From Acidimicrobiaceae bacterium (GTDB lineage: Bacteria; Actinomycetota; Acidimicrobiia; Acidimicrobiales; Aldehydirespiratoraceae): a stretch of 64,000 bases of DNA. Positions 36,124-44,654 of the stretch are shown piece after piece; within the stretch, counting starts at the first letter, position 1, and every line of letters begins with the position of its first letter. The notes below the pieces were generated by a model. The model was not told the origin of the DNA. It saw nothing but the letters and a program-made list of their open reading frames with translations, and did no database searches. Location: positions 2,795 through 66,794 of the forward strand of contig VYCM01000136.1 in the NCBI GenBank assembly GCA_009843915.1, read 5' to 3'. The position numbers were made by a program, and so were the translations under genes.

Positions 36124-37743
36124 GTGAAACCAATGAGATGGATGCTCGCGGTCCTCTGTGCCGTGGCCCTTGTTGCTGCGGCCTGCGGCGACGACGAGCC
36201 GGACACGTCGGTAGCCGACGCCGCCGCAGCGGCCGAAGTGGAGCGGGCCGCGGCAGCCGAAGCAGAGAGAGCCGCGGCGCAAGCCGAGGCCGAAGCGGCC
36301 CAGGCCGCGGCCGAGGAGGCCGCGACAAGGCTGGCAGAGGCCGAGGCGTCCGCCGCGGAGGCAAGCGCTGAACAGCAGGCTGAGGCGCAGGCCGCCCTGG
36401 ACGCAGCCCAAGCCGAGGCCGAAGCGGCGCAGGCCGCGCTGGACGCAGCCCGAGCCGAGGCTGACGCGGCCGCAGAGGAAGCTGCCGCGGCCCAGGAGGC
36501 GCTGGCTGCAGCCGAGGGCGCTATAGCTCACGATTTCGGCGTGGACATAGAGTCGAAGACGATTCGGGTGGGCCTGAACACCGACCTGACCGGCATCTTT
36601 GCCCCGTTGATCACCAAGATCACCGACGGGCATCTGGCCTACTGGGAGCGGGTCAACGACACTGGCGGGATCCAAGGCTGGGCCGTCGAGCCGGTTGTGC
36701 TGGACAACGGCTACGACGTTCCCAAGCATCTGGAGAACTACGAGGCCATGGCGGGTGACGGCGACCAGAGCGTGGTGATGTTCAGCATGTCCGTCGGCTC
36801 GCCCCACACTGCGGCCACCGCCGAATCGCTCATCGAGGACAACCTGGCCGCCATCCCGATCTCGTGGTACTCGGGATGGGCAGACCCCCAGATCGGCAAG
36901 AACGTGTTCGAGGTGGGGACCAACTACTGCATCGAGGCCATCAACGGTGTGACGTACATGGCGGAGACTTACGGCCCCGACTTCGCAATCGCCAGCTTCC
37001 CCGGCGACTACGGCGAGGACGGCGCCGAGGGTGCCAAGATCGCTGCGGATGCACTGGGCCTCAACATCGTCTACGACGGCCAAGCCCAAGTGATCCCCGG
37101 CGCCGACCTCACGCCGGTCATCACCCGCATCGTCGAGTCCGGCGCCGACTGGGTGTGGCTCGCCACGAGCCCCAGCACGACCGCGAACCTGATGGGCGGC
37201 GCCGCACAAGCGGGCTTCACCGGTCGGTGGGCAGGCAACGCCCCCAGCTGGAACCCGGCGCTGCTCAGCATCGCAGGCTTCGCGGAGCTGGCTGACGCCG
37301 TCTACACCCATTCCACCTATGTGTCGCTGTGGGACTCCGAAGACTCGGAGGGCATGCAGGACATGATCGCCGGGATGCGCGAGTACCGCCCGGACGCGTC
37401 GTTCGATGACGTCTACATCGTCAGCTGGATCCTGGGCTACATCACCCACCAGGTCTTGGACCAGGCCATCAGCAACGGCAACCTCACCAGGGCCGGCGTG
37501 CTGGCGGCGGCCAACCAGATCACCGCCGACCTCAAGGACCTCTCGCCGGACCAGAGTTGGCGGGGCAACCCCAACAACAACGTCGTGCGTGAGACCTACC
37601 TGTACGACGTCGACCTCTCGCGGTACACGCCGGGTGTGACGGTGTCGGAGGAGGGAAGCAACAACGGCTTCACCCTCATCAAGGGGCCCTACGCCTCCGA
37701 GACCGCCTTGAACTGGGAGTACGAGCCCTGCTTCAGGCCGTGA
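36124..37743 (+). CDS. Lipoprotein substrate-binding protein, copy 2 (paralog of 32702-34381) with Ala/Glu-rich tether
   Basis: MKPMRWMLAVLCAVALVAAAC lipobox, A/E-rich residues about 29-130, and a core nearly colinear with copy 1 (IRVGLNTDLTGIFAP shared). Confidence 0.85.
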   Translation: MKPMRWMLAVLCAVALVAAACGDDEPDTSVADAAAAAEVERAAAAEAERAAAQAEAEAAQAAAEEAATRLAEAEASAAEASAEQQAEAQAALDAAQAEAEAAQAALDAARAEADAAAEEAAAAQEALAAAEGAIAHDFGVDIESKTIRVGLNTDLTGIFAPLITKITDGHLAYWERVNDTGGIQGWAVEPVVLDNGYDVPKHLENYEAMAGDGDQSVVMFSMSVGSPHTAATAESLIEDNLAAIPISWYSGWADPQIGKNVFEVGTNYCIEAINGVTYMAETYGPDFAIASFPGDYGEDGAEGAKIAADALGLNIVYDGQAQVIPGADLTPVITRIVESGADWVWLATSPSTTANLMGGAAQAGFTGRWAGNAPSWNPALLSIAGFAELADAVYTHSTYVSLWDSEDSEGMQDMIAGMREYRPDASFDDVYIVSWILGYITHQVLDQAISNGNLTRAGVLAAANQITADLKDLSPDQSWRGNPNNNVVRETYLYDVDLSRYTPGVTVSEEGSNNGFTLIKGPYASETALNWEYEPCFRP

Positions 37744-38741
37744 TGATCGAACCTGCCATAGCTGGCGCGTCGGCCGCGCTGCTCGATGAGCACCGCCAGC
37801 TCACCATCGATGAGGTGGCCGAGTTGGCTGCGATCGGGGACGCGTCGGTCCCGTCGCTGGCCGCCCTGGCCCACGAGGTGCGCCTGGCGTGGGCCGGTCC
37901 GACGGTGGAGGTGGAGGGCATCCTGTCGGCCAAGACCGGAGGCTGTCCGGAGGACTGCCACTTCTGCAGCCAGTCGGCCGTATTCGATACGCAGGTCAAG
38001 GCCACGCCGTTTCTCGACACCGAGGAGGTGTTGGCCGCGGCCCGCGAGACCGAGGAACTGGGTGCCAGCGAGTTCTGCATGGTGCTGGCGGTGCGCGGCC
38101 CGGATCGCCGCACCATGGACCGCCTGATCGAGCTGACCGCGTTGGTCTCGGCCGAGACCAGCCTCAACGTCGCGATCAGCGCGGGCATCCTGACGCGCGA
38201 CCAGGCCTTCGAGCTGGCCGCGGCCGGGGTCCACCGCTACAACCACAACCTGGAGACGAGCCGGTCGTTCTTCGGCCGGGTCGTGACCACCCACAGCTTC
38301 GACGAGCGGGTGGACACCTGCACCTACGTGCGCGAGGCCGGCATGGAACTGTGCTGCGGAGTGCTGCTCGGCATGGGTGAGAGCGTCGAGCAGCGGATGG
38401 AGCTGATCGAGCAGATAAGGGCGGTAGAGCCCTGCGAGGTTCCCATCAACTTCCTGAACCCCCGACCGGGCACGCCGTTGCAGATCCGCAAGCCGGTGGG
38501 AGCCCTGGAGGCCATCCGCTGGATCGCGCTGTTCCGGCTGGCGTTGCCGTCGGTGATCCTGCGCTATGCGGGCGGCCGGGAGATAACCCTGCGCGACCTC
38601 CAGGCCATGGGAATGACGTCCGGGATCAACGCCCTGATCGTGGGCAACTACCTGACCACGCTGGGACGATCACCCCAGCAGGATCTGGACATGCTTGCCG
38701 ATCTGCGTATGCCGATCGGCAGCCTGTCCGCCGCGGTTTGA
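37740..38741 (+). CDS. bioB: Biotin synthase
   Basis: Radical-SAM motif GGCPEDCHFCSQS, plus HRYNHNLETS. GTG 37740 / ATG 37743 overlap the stop of binding-protein gene 2 (GTGATG). Confidence 0.92.
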   Translation: MMIEPAIAGASAALLDEHRQLTIDEVAELAAIGDASVPSLAALAHEVRLAWAGPTVEVEGILSAKTGGCPEDCHFCSQSAVFDTQVKATPFLDTEEVLAAARETEELGASEFCMVLAVRGPDRRTMDRLIELTALVSAETSLNVAISAGILTRDQAFELAAAGVHRYNHNLETSRSFFGRVVTTHSFDERVDTCTYVREAGMELCCGVLLGMGESVEQRMELIEQIRAVEPCEVPINFLNPRPGTPLQIRKPVGALEAIRWIALFRLALPSVILRYAGGREITLRDLQAMGMTSGINALIVGNYLTTLGRSPQQDLDMLADLRMPIGSLSAAV

Positions 38742-38914
38742 GCGGTCAGAGGCTCTATTGCCAGGGCTGCGGTCGCGGAGACTGTGCCGGCTGCCTGCCC
38801 GAGCTCGATCCGCCCCGCTACTGCGGGTCGTGCGGCGCGTGGCTGGCCACTTCCGTCAGCCCCACCGGCTGGACGGCCAGGTGTCGCAACTGCGGCACCA
38901 GGTCAGGCTCGTAG
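38738..38914 (+). CDS. bsaP: Small Cys-rich protein, BsaP-like (biotin synthase auxiliary protein candidate), 58 aa
   Basis: Own translation from TTG 38738, which overlaps the bioB stop (TTGA): (M)SGQRLYCQGCGRGDCAGCLPELDPPRYCGSCGAWLATSVSPTGWTARCRNCGTRSGS. It is below the 60-aa cutoff of the ORF track. Confidence 0.6.
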   Translation: MSGQRLYCQGCGRGDCAGCLPELDPPRYCGSCGAWLATSVSPTGWTARCRNCGTRSGS

Positions 38915-39379
38915 CACCTCGACGACCTCACCGCAGGCTGTGCAGCGGTGGACGGCCCGGCACCGGGCCGGCCCGAACGGCGACTGCTCCACCAGCGCCG
39001 CAGCCCCGCAACGGGGACATTCGGCCGGCCTGCCGGGCACGGCGACGGCTACCATGAAGTCTCGGGCCATCACGGCCCGAGCATGCTCGCTGAGCCTCGA
39101 GGTGTCCCAGGCCTCGGGGCTGCGCCGCACCTCGACGGCGGTGATGCCGTCAAGAGCCCCGACTGCCGTGGCGATCTCGGACGAGATGACGTCCAGGGCC
39201 GGGCAGCCGCTGAAGGTGGTGATCAGCTCGATCGCGACTCGCCCGCCGGCGAGCTCGACGGCGCTGATCATGCCCATGTCGACCACGCTGACCCCCGGAT
39301 ACTCGGGGTCGTCGACGTTCCGGAGGGCGTCGATGACGTCGATCTCGCCGATGGTGCAGAGGCTGCTCATCACTCCCAA
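38903..39379 (-). CDS. paaD: PaaD-like protein (DUF59/MIP18 domain plus C-terminal Cys4 zinc ribbon), orphan
   Basis: VDDPEYPGVSVVDMGMI and TTFSGCPA, then CPRCG..CTACGE. No paaABCE genes are in the window. Confidence 0.8.
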   Translation of the reverse strand: MGVMSSLCTIGEIDVIDALRNVDDPEYPGVSVVDMGMISAVELAGGRVAIELITTFSGCPALDVISSEIATAVGALDGITAVEVRRSPEAWDTSRLSEHARAVMARDFMVAVAVPGRPAECPRCGAAALVEQSPFGPARCRAVHRCTACGEVVEVLRA

Positions 39380-39464
39380 CCCTACGTCCGCAGGACTCGC
39401 ACTGCGCCGCCGGAGGCCGCCCCCTCGCTAGCAGCAGAAGCTGCCGGGCCACTAGTGTCGCACC

Positions 39465-40274
39465 ATGTCGGTGACGACCGCGCCGGAGTCGGGTCACCGG
39501 GTGCAGGGTTGGAGGATTCTGCACCCGACGGGATGGTTGTCGCTGGCGACGTTGCTGGCCGCGCTCGTTGCCCACCTGTTGGTTGACACGTCCTACCTGA
39601 TCGGCCACTTCGAGTGGTGGTGGTGGATCGTTCTCGTCGCCGGTGTGGCCGTGTCGGCGTGGCACGACGGGCTTCATCGCCTGCGTCTGGTGATCGAAGC
39701 CATCCCGACGGTCACGCTGAAGCTCGCGATGATCCTGGCATGGGCCGTGTTCATCCTGCAGTTCTTCAACGTGATCACCCGGTACAGCAACGAGTACGTG
39801 GAACAGGACATTCTCATCGGCGAGGTGGTCAGCCTGGCCTGGCAGTCCTTCGGGCTCATGTTCCTGCTGGCCATCAACGTCGGCGTGCGCGACGGCGTGA
39901 ACCCCCGCATCGACTTCTGGTGGGTCAACTTCCGGAACAAGACCAAGGCGGCGCTCGACTTCGGCATGCACACGATGCTGCTGCTCCCCTTCATCTTCAT
40001 GAGCGTCCGAATCATGCAGCACTACGCGGCGGCCGCCCTCGGCCGGCGCCACAACGGCGAGTGGCCCGCCGGCTGGCGGGTCTGGCAGAGCTGGGAGGAG
40101 GCCGTTGACGCGGGCGGCCTCGCGGTGGGGCCGATCAAGACGATGCTGCTGGTGGGCTTCTTCCTGTTCGGCCTGCAGCTCCTCGCCGAGGTCATCAAGA
40201 CCGGGTTCGTGCTGATCGGCCGAGACGACTACGGCGACATCGTCGATCGCGACATCCCGCAGAGAATCGAGTAG
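39465..40274 (+). CDS. dctQ: TRAP transporter small permease (DctQ-like, COG4665 type)
   Basis: 269 aa hydrophobic protein directly upstream of the large permease. Confidence 0.75.
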   Translation: MSVTTAPESGHRVQGWRILHPTGWLSLATLLAALVAHLLVDTSYLIGHFEWWWWIVLVAGVAVSAWHDGLHRLRLVIEAIPTVTLKLAMILAWAVFILQFFNVITRYSNEYVEQDILIGEVVSLAWQSFGLMFLLAINVGVRDGVNPRIDFWWVNFRNKTKAALDFGMHTMLLLPFIFMSVRIMQHYAAAALGRRHNGEWPAGWRVWQSWEEAVDAGGLAVGPIKTMLLVGFFLFGLQLLAEVIKTGFVLIGRDDYGDIVDRDIPQRIE

Positions 40275-40280
40275 GCGTCG

Positions 40281-41885
40281 ATGATGCTGGCGCTGGAGAC
40301 GATCCTCGGCATGGACGCGGGGGTGTTCCTGGCCCTGACCATGTTCGCGGTGTTCATGCTGGTGATCCTGTCCGGCTACAACGTGGCCTTCTCGTTCGCG
40401 GCCACCGCGCTGTTCTTCAGCTTCATCGGCGACTGGCTGGACGTGTTCGACCCCAACACGCTCAACACGCTGCCGGGGCGGTGGTACAAGGCGATCAGCG
40501 ACCCGACGCTGCTGGCCGTGCCGCTGTTCGTGCTGATGGGCGCCATCCTCGAGCGGTCGGGCATGGCCGAGCGGCTGCTCAACGCCTTCGGAATGCTCAT
40601 GGGCCGGCTGCGGGGCGGCGTGGCGGCCGCGGTCGTGCTGGTCGGCACCCTGCTGGCCGCGGCCACCGGTGTGGTGGCGGCCACGGTGATCGTGATGGGG
40701 TTGCTGTCGCTGCCCGCCATGGTGCGACTCGGGTACGACAACAAGCTCTCCACCGGCGCCATCATCGCCTCGGGCACGCTGGCCCAGCTGCTGCCGCCCA
40801 GCATCGTGCTCATCCTGCTGGCCCAGCAGCTGGGCGTGGGCATTCTCGGGCTGTTCGCCGGCGCTCTGCTGCCCGGCCTGTTGCTCAGCGGGCTGTACGT
40901 GATCTATGTGCTGGTGCTGGCGTGGCTGAGGCCCAAGACGGGGCCGGCCATGCCCAAGGAGCAGCGCACGCTCTCCGGCGACCCGTCACTGCGGACGAAG
41001 CTGTTGATCGCGATGATCCTGGCCCTGATGGTGGGGGCGGTGACGCTGCTGGCCAGGGCGAGCGGGATCGGTTTCCTGTCCAGCGCGTGGTCGCCGCTGG
41101 TGGTGGCCGTGATCCACTTCGGCGTGTTCCTCGCGATCCTGCTGAGTACCCGGATGCTGGCCGCCGAGGTGCTGGTCGCCATAGTGCCCATATTGACGCT
41201 GATCTTCGGGGTGCTGCTGTCCATCTTCGCGGGGATCGCCACCCCGTCGGAGTCGGGCGCGGTGGGAGTGTTCGGGGCGCTGGTGCTGACCGTGTTGAAC
41301 TGGCTGTTCGACGATCTGATGGTTAAGGGGGGCGCCACCCACATCACCAAGGGATGGCGGCTCGACTGGCAGGCGGTCAAGGACGCGGCCCGCTCCACCA
41401 CCAACGTGGTGGTGCTGGTCATGACCCTGCTGTTCTGCTCGACGTTCTTCAGCGCCATGTTCTTCCAGCTCGGCGGGTCGGACCAGACCTCCGAGTGGCT
41501 GACCTCGATCGGCGGCGGCAAGTGGGGCTTCGTGGTCATCGCCATGGTCGCGGTGTTCCTGCTGGGCATCAACCTCGAGTTCCTGGAGATCACCTTCATC
41601 GTGGTGCCGATCTTCGTGCCCGCTATGGACTTGCTCGGTTTCACTCCCGACGAGAAGATCTGGTTCGCGGTGCTCATGGCGGTCAACCTGAACATGGCGT
41701 TCATCTCGCCGCCGGTGGGGTTCTCGCTGTTCTACCTGCAGAGCGTGGCGCCACCGGAGGTGAGGACGGCCGACATCCACAAGGGCGCCTTCCCGTTCAT
41801 GGGCCTGCAGGCGCTGGCGCTGGTGATCCTGGCCATCTTCCCCGCCATCACCTACACGTCGATCGAGGCGTTCAGGTTCGGTTGA
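40281..41885 (+). CDS. dctM: TRAP transporter large permease (DctM-like)
   Basis: 534 aa polytopic protein with [19 protein letters not shown], typical of DctM. Confidence 0.88.
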   Translation: MMLALETILGMDAGVFLALTMFAVFMLVILSGYNVAFSFAATALFFSFIGDWLDVFDPNTLNTLPGRWYKAISDPTLLAVPLFVLMGAILERSGMAERLLNAFGMLMGRLRGGVAAAVVLVGTLLAAATGVVAATVIVMGLLSLPAMVRLGYDNKLSTGAIIASGTLAQLLPPSIVLILLAQQLGVGILGLFAGALLPGLLLSGLYVIYVLVLAWLRPKTGPAMPKEQRTLSGDPSLRTKLLIAMILALMVGAVTLLARASGIGFLSSAWSPLVVAVIHFGVFLAILLSTRMLAAEVLVAIVPILTLIFGVLLSIFAGIATPSESGAVGVFGALVLTVLNWLFDDLMVKGGATHITKGWRLDWQAVKDAARSTTNVVVLVMTLLFCSTFFSAMFFQLGGSDQTSEWLTSIGGGKWGFVVIAMVAVFLLGINLEFLEITFIVVPIFVPAMDLLGFTPDEKIWFAVLMAVNLNMAFISPPVGFSLFYLQSVAPPEVRTADIHKGAFPFMGLQALALVILAIFPAITYTSIEAFRFG

Positions 41886-42075
41886 CGCTGGCCGTAGTAG
41901 CAGGCAGCCGCGCGCGGTCCTCTACAAGAAGTAGTAGGCGCGATCATCATGTCGATGTTCCTGGGCAAGCCGCGTGTAGGTCGTGTATTCTTCCGCCCGC
42001 CAACGACTCGGAGTCATCCGTACCTGCGGAAGAGTCGATGGTGGAGCAACAAGCGTCCAACATGGAGGGATTCTT

Positions 42076-43368
42076 ATGACTCAGGAAGCAAGCTCGGGCC
42101 CGACCGACGGTGATGCGGTCGACTCGATCCTCGACGAGGTCGACTCCTCGAGTCTGGCCAGGCGGGGATTCATCAAGGGTGGACTCGGCGTAGCCGGGTT
42201 CGCGGCGGCCTCTTCGATCCTGGCCGCGTGCGGAGATGACGCCGAGGAGGCTCCGGCCCCCACAGCTACGGATGCGCCCGATGCCGCCGAAACCACCACC
42301 ACGGCGGCCCCCGAGCCCACCGACACGGTGGCCGTGACCGCGCAGGGCCCCGAACTCGAGTGGGAGATGGCCACCAGCTGGCCCACCGCGCTGGTGACGC
42401 TGTTCGGCTCTGCGCAGTACTTCGCCCAAAGGGTGGGCGAACTCACCGGCGGGCGCTTCGTCATCAACGCCCGGCCCGCGGGCGAGATCGTCGGCGGCCT
42501 CGAGGTGCTGCAAACGGTGCGCGACCTCGGGGTGGAGATGGGCCACACCGCCTCCTACTACTACGTCGGCATCAGTCCGGTGCAGCAGTTCGGCACCGCG
42601 GTCCCGTTCGGGCTCAACCAGCGCCAGCAGAACGCCTGGCTGTACGGCACCTTCGACAACGAGGGCAGGCGGAGCGGCATCGACATGCTCAACGAGTTCT
42701 ACGCGGAGGAGCACGGCATCATCGTCTTCCCCGGGGGCGCCACCGGTTGCCAGATGGGCGGCTGGTTCACCCAGGAGCTCAACACGGTCGACGACCTGAA
42801 CGGCCTCAAGATGCGCATCCCCGGCCTGGCCGGGCGGGTGCTGGAGAACCTCGGCGGCGAGCAGGTGACCCTGGCCGGCGGCGAGATCCTGCAGGCCATC
42901 CAGACCGGCGCCATCGACGGCGCCGAGTTCGTCGGCCCGACCGACGACCTCATCCTCGGCCTCGATCAGTTCCAGGGCGACCTGTACTACTACCACCCGG
43001 GCTGGTGGGAGCCGGGCACGGCAGTGGAGATTCAGATCTCCCTGGAGAGGTGGAACGAGCTGCCTCCGGAGTACCAGGCCGCCATCCAGTGCGCGGCCAC
43101 GGACGCCAACATGAGAACGATGGCGACCTACGATGTGTTCAACCAGGCGGACCTCCAGAGGATCAAGCAGTTCGCCCAGATCCGCGAGTTCCCGCCCGAG
43201 TTGATGGCCGCGTTCAAGGCCGAGACCGAGAACGTGCTCGACACCGTGGCCGCCGACGATGAGAACTTCGCCCGGATCCTCGGACCGTGGCGCGAGTTCC
43301 GCGACGGCATCGCGGAGTGGCACGGACTGGCCGAGCGGTCGTTCCTGAGCCAGCAGACCCAGGTCTGA
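42076..43368 (+). CDS. dctP: TRAP transporter substrate-binding protein (DctP-like) with Tat signal and lipobox
   Basis: SLARRGFIKGGLGVAGFAAASSILAAC, and core WEMATSWPT. ATG 42076 has GGAGGG 7 nt upstream. Confidence 0.85.
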   Translation: MTQEASSGPTDGDAVDSILDEVDSSSLARRGFIKGGLGVAGFAAASSILAACGDDAEEAPAPTATDAPDAAETTTTAAPEPTDTVAVTAQGPELEWEMATSWPTALVTLFGSAQYFAQRVGELTGGRFVINARPAGEIVGGLEVLQTVRDLGVEMGHTASYYYVGISPVQQFGTAVPFGLNQRQQNAWLYGTFDNEGRRSGIDMLNEFYAEEHGIIVFPGGATGCQMGGWFTQELNTVDDLNGLKMRIPGLAGRVLENLGGEQVTLAGGEILQAIQTGAIDGAEFVGPTDDLILGLDQFQGDLYYYHPGWWEPGTAVEIQISLERWNELPPEYQAAIQCAATDANMRTMATYDVFNQADLQRIKQFAQIREFPPELMAAFKAETENVLDTVAADDENFARILGPWREFRDGIAEWHGLAERSFLSQQTQV

Positions 43369-43415
43369 TCGCCGCGATCAGCGTCTAGTCAGTCGCTGGC
43401 GTCAATTCACTTGCT

Positions 43416-43433
43416 TGGCCCTGAACAGGGCCA
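43416..43433 (+). terminator. Short hairpin after the TRAP operon
   Basis: tggccct-gaac-agggcca, a 7-bp stem with a 4-nt loop and no U-tract. Confidence 0.3.
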
Positions 43434-43445
43434 GCAGACTGTGGC

Positions 43446-44600
43446 GTGCCTGAGTCCGCCCCCTCCGAGAGCCAGCTGCCCAACGCTCCGAAGTTCCACA
43501 CTGATCGGAGTCACTACCGGGCTGCGCTCGAACGGTGGATGCGACGGGCCTTCCCGTCCAGGGATGGCCTCACCGTGGTCGACATCGAGGTGCCGGTCAG
43601 CACGGGGTTCTCCAACGAGACGGTGATCCTCGACGCAGCCTGGACCGAGGGCGGCTCGGACCTCCAGGAGCGCTTTGCCGTCAGGATCGAGCCTGCCGAC
43701 GGCGGCATGTTCCCACCCCAGACACCGCATTGCGCGGTGTCGGTGGAACTCCAGTACCGGGCGATGAAGGCAGTGGCGGAAGCCGGCGCGGCCCCGGTCC
43801 CGCCGCTCTTCGGCTACGAACCCGACCCAGCGGTGCTGGGTGCCCCCTTCTTCGTGATGGGCTTCGTCGACGGTCGGATTCCCGCGGATGTACCCCGCTA
43901 CACCGAGGCAGGCTTCGTGGTGGACGAGGCGACGCCGGAGGAGCGCCGGCGCATGGTGCTCTCAGCCATTGACACCATCGCCGGGATCCACGGCATGGAC
44001 TGGCGCGAGGCAGGCCTGGGCTGGCTGGACCCCAGCGGCACCGGCCAGCCGACGACCGCGCTGCAGATCGACCTGTACCGCCACCATGTCCGTTCAGAGT
44101 TGGCCGGGAGGGAACATCCCGTGCTGTACGCCGCTCTCGACTGGCTGGAGGCGAACGACCCCGATGACGACCGGGTCGGGCTGACATGGGGCGATGCCCG
44201 TCTGGGCAACATGATCCTGCAGGACTACCGGACCGCGGCCGTGCTCGACTGGGAGGTGTGCGCCCTGAGCCCGACGGAGGCCGACATGGGATGGTGGTTG
44301 ATGTTCGACCGGATGTCCTTCGACGACATGGGCATCGCTCGACTTGAGGGCTACCCCACCCGCGATGAGATGGTTGCCCGCTACGAGCAGGCCTCGGGCC
44401 GTGCTGTGCTCGACCCTCACTATTGGGAGGTGTTCGGGGCGATGCGGTTCTGCACGATCTTCATCCGCCTGGGGGACCGGCTCACCGCGGCCGGCTTCGT
44501 GCCGCCGGAGCGGAACCCGGCCGTGGGCAACCAGGTGACGGCCGCCTTGGCCGTGCTGCTAGGGATAGACAACCCCACCCCCGACCTGTTGACCCGGTGA
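43446..44600 (+). CDS. APH-family phosphotransferase of the type fused to ACAD10/11
   Basis: TWGDARLGNMIL catalytic-loop motif and VLDWEVCAL. 384 aa. Confidence 0.8.
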   Translation: MPESAPSESQLPNAPKFHTDRSHYRAALERWMRRAFPSRDGLTVVDIEVPVSTGFSNETVILDAAWTEGGSDLQERFAVRIEPADGGMFPPQTPHCAVSVELQYRAMKAVAEAGAAPVPPLFGYEPDPAVLGAPFFVMGFVDGRIPADVPRYTEAGFVVDEATPEERRRMVLSAIDTIAGIHGMDWREAGLGWLDPSGTGQPTTALQIDLYRHHVRSELAGREHPVLYAALDWLEANDPDDDRVGLTWGDARLGNMILQDYRTAAVLDWEVCALSPTEADMGWWLMFDRMSFDDMGIARLEGYPTRDEMVARYEQASGRAVLDPHYWEVFGAMRFCTIFIRLGDRLTAAGFVPPERNPAVGNQVTAALAVLLGIDNPTPDLLTR

Positions 44601-44654
44601 CCGGGTCCGCGCCGGCCGCTCTGCCCTTAGAACGTGCGCTGGTAGGCGCAATCG

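Noticed and set aside
35929-37449. 506-aa minus-strand ORF antisense to binding-protein gene 2.
   Set aside because: This is an antisense artefact. The plus strand is colinear with its paralog from signal peptide to C-terminus.
41947-43323. 458-aa minus-strand ORF antisense to the TRAP receptor gene.
   Set aside because: No recognisable domain is present, and the plus strand has a Tat/lipobox signal and a DctP-like core.
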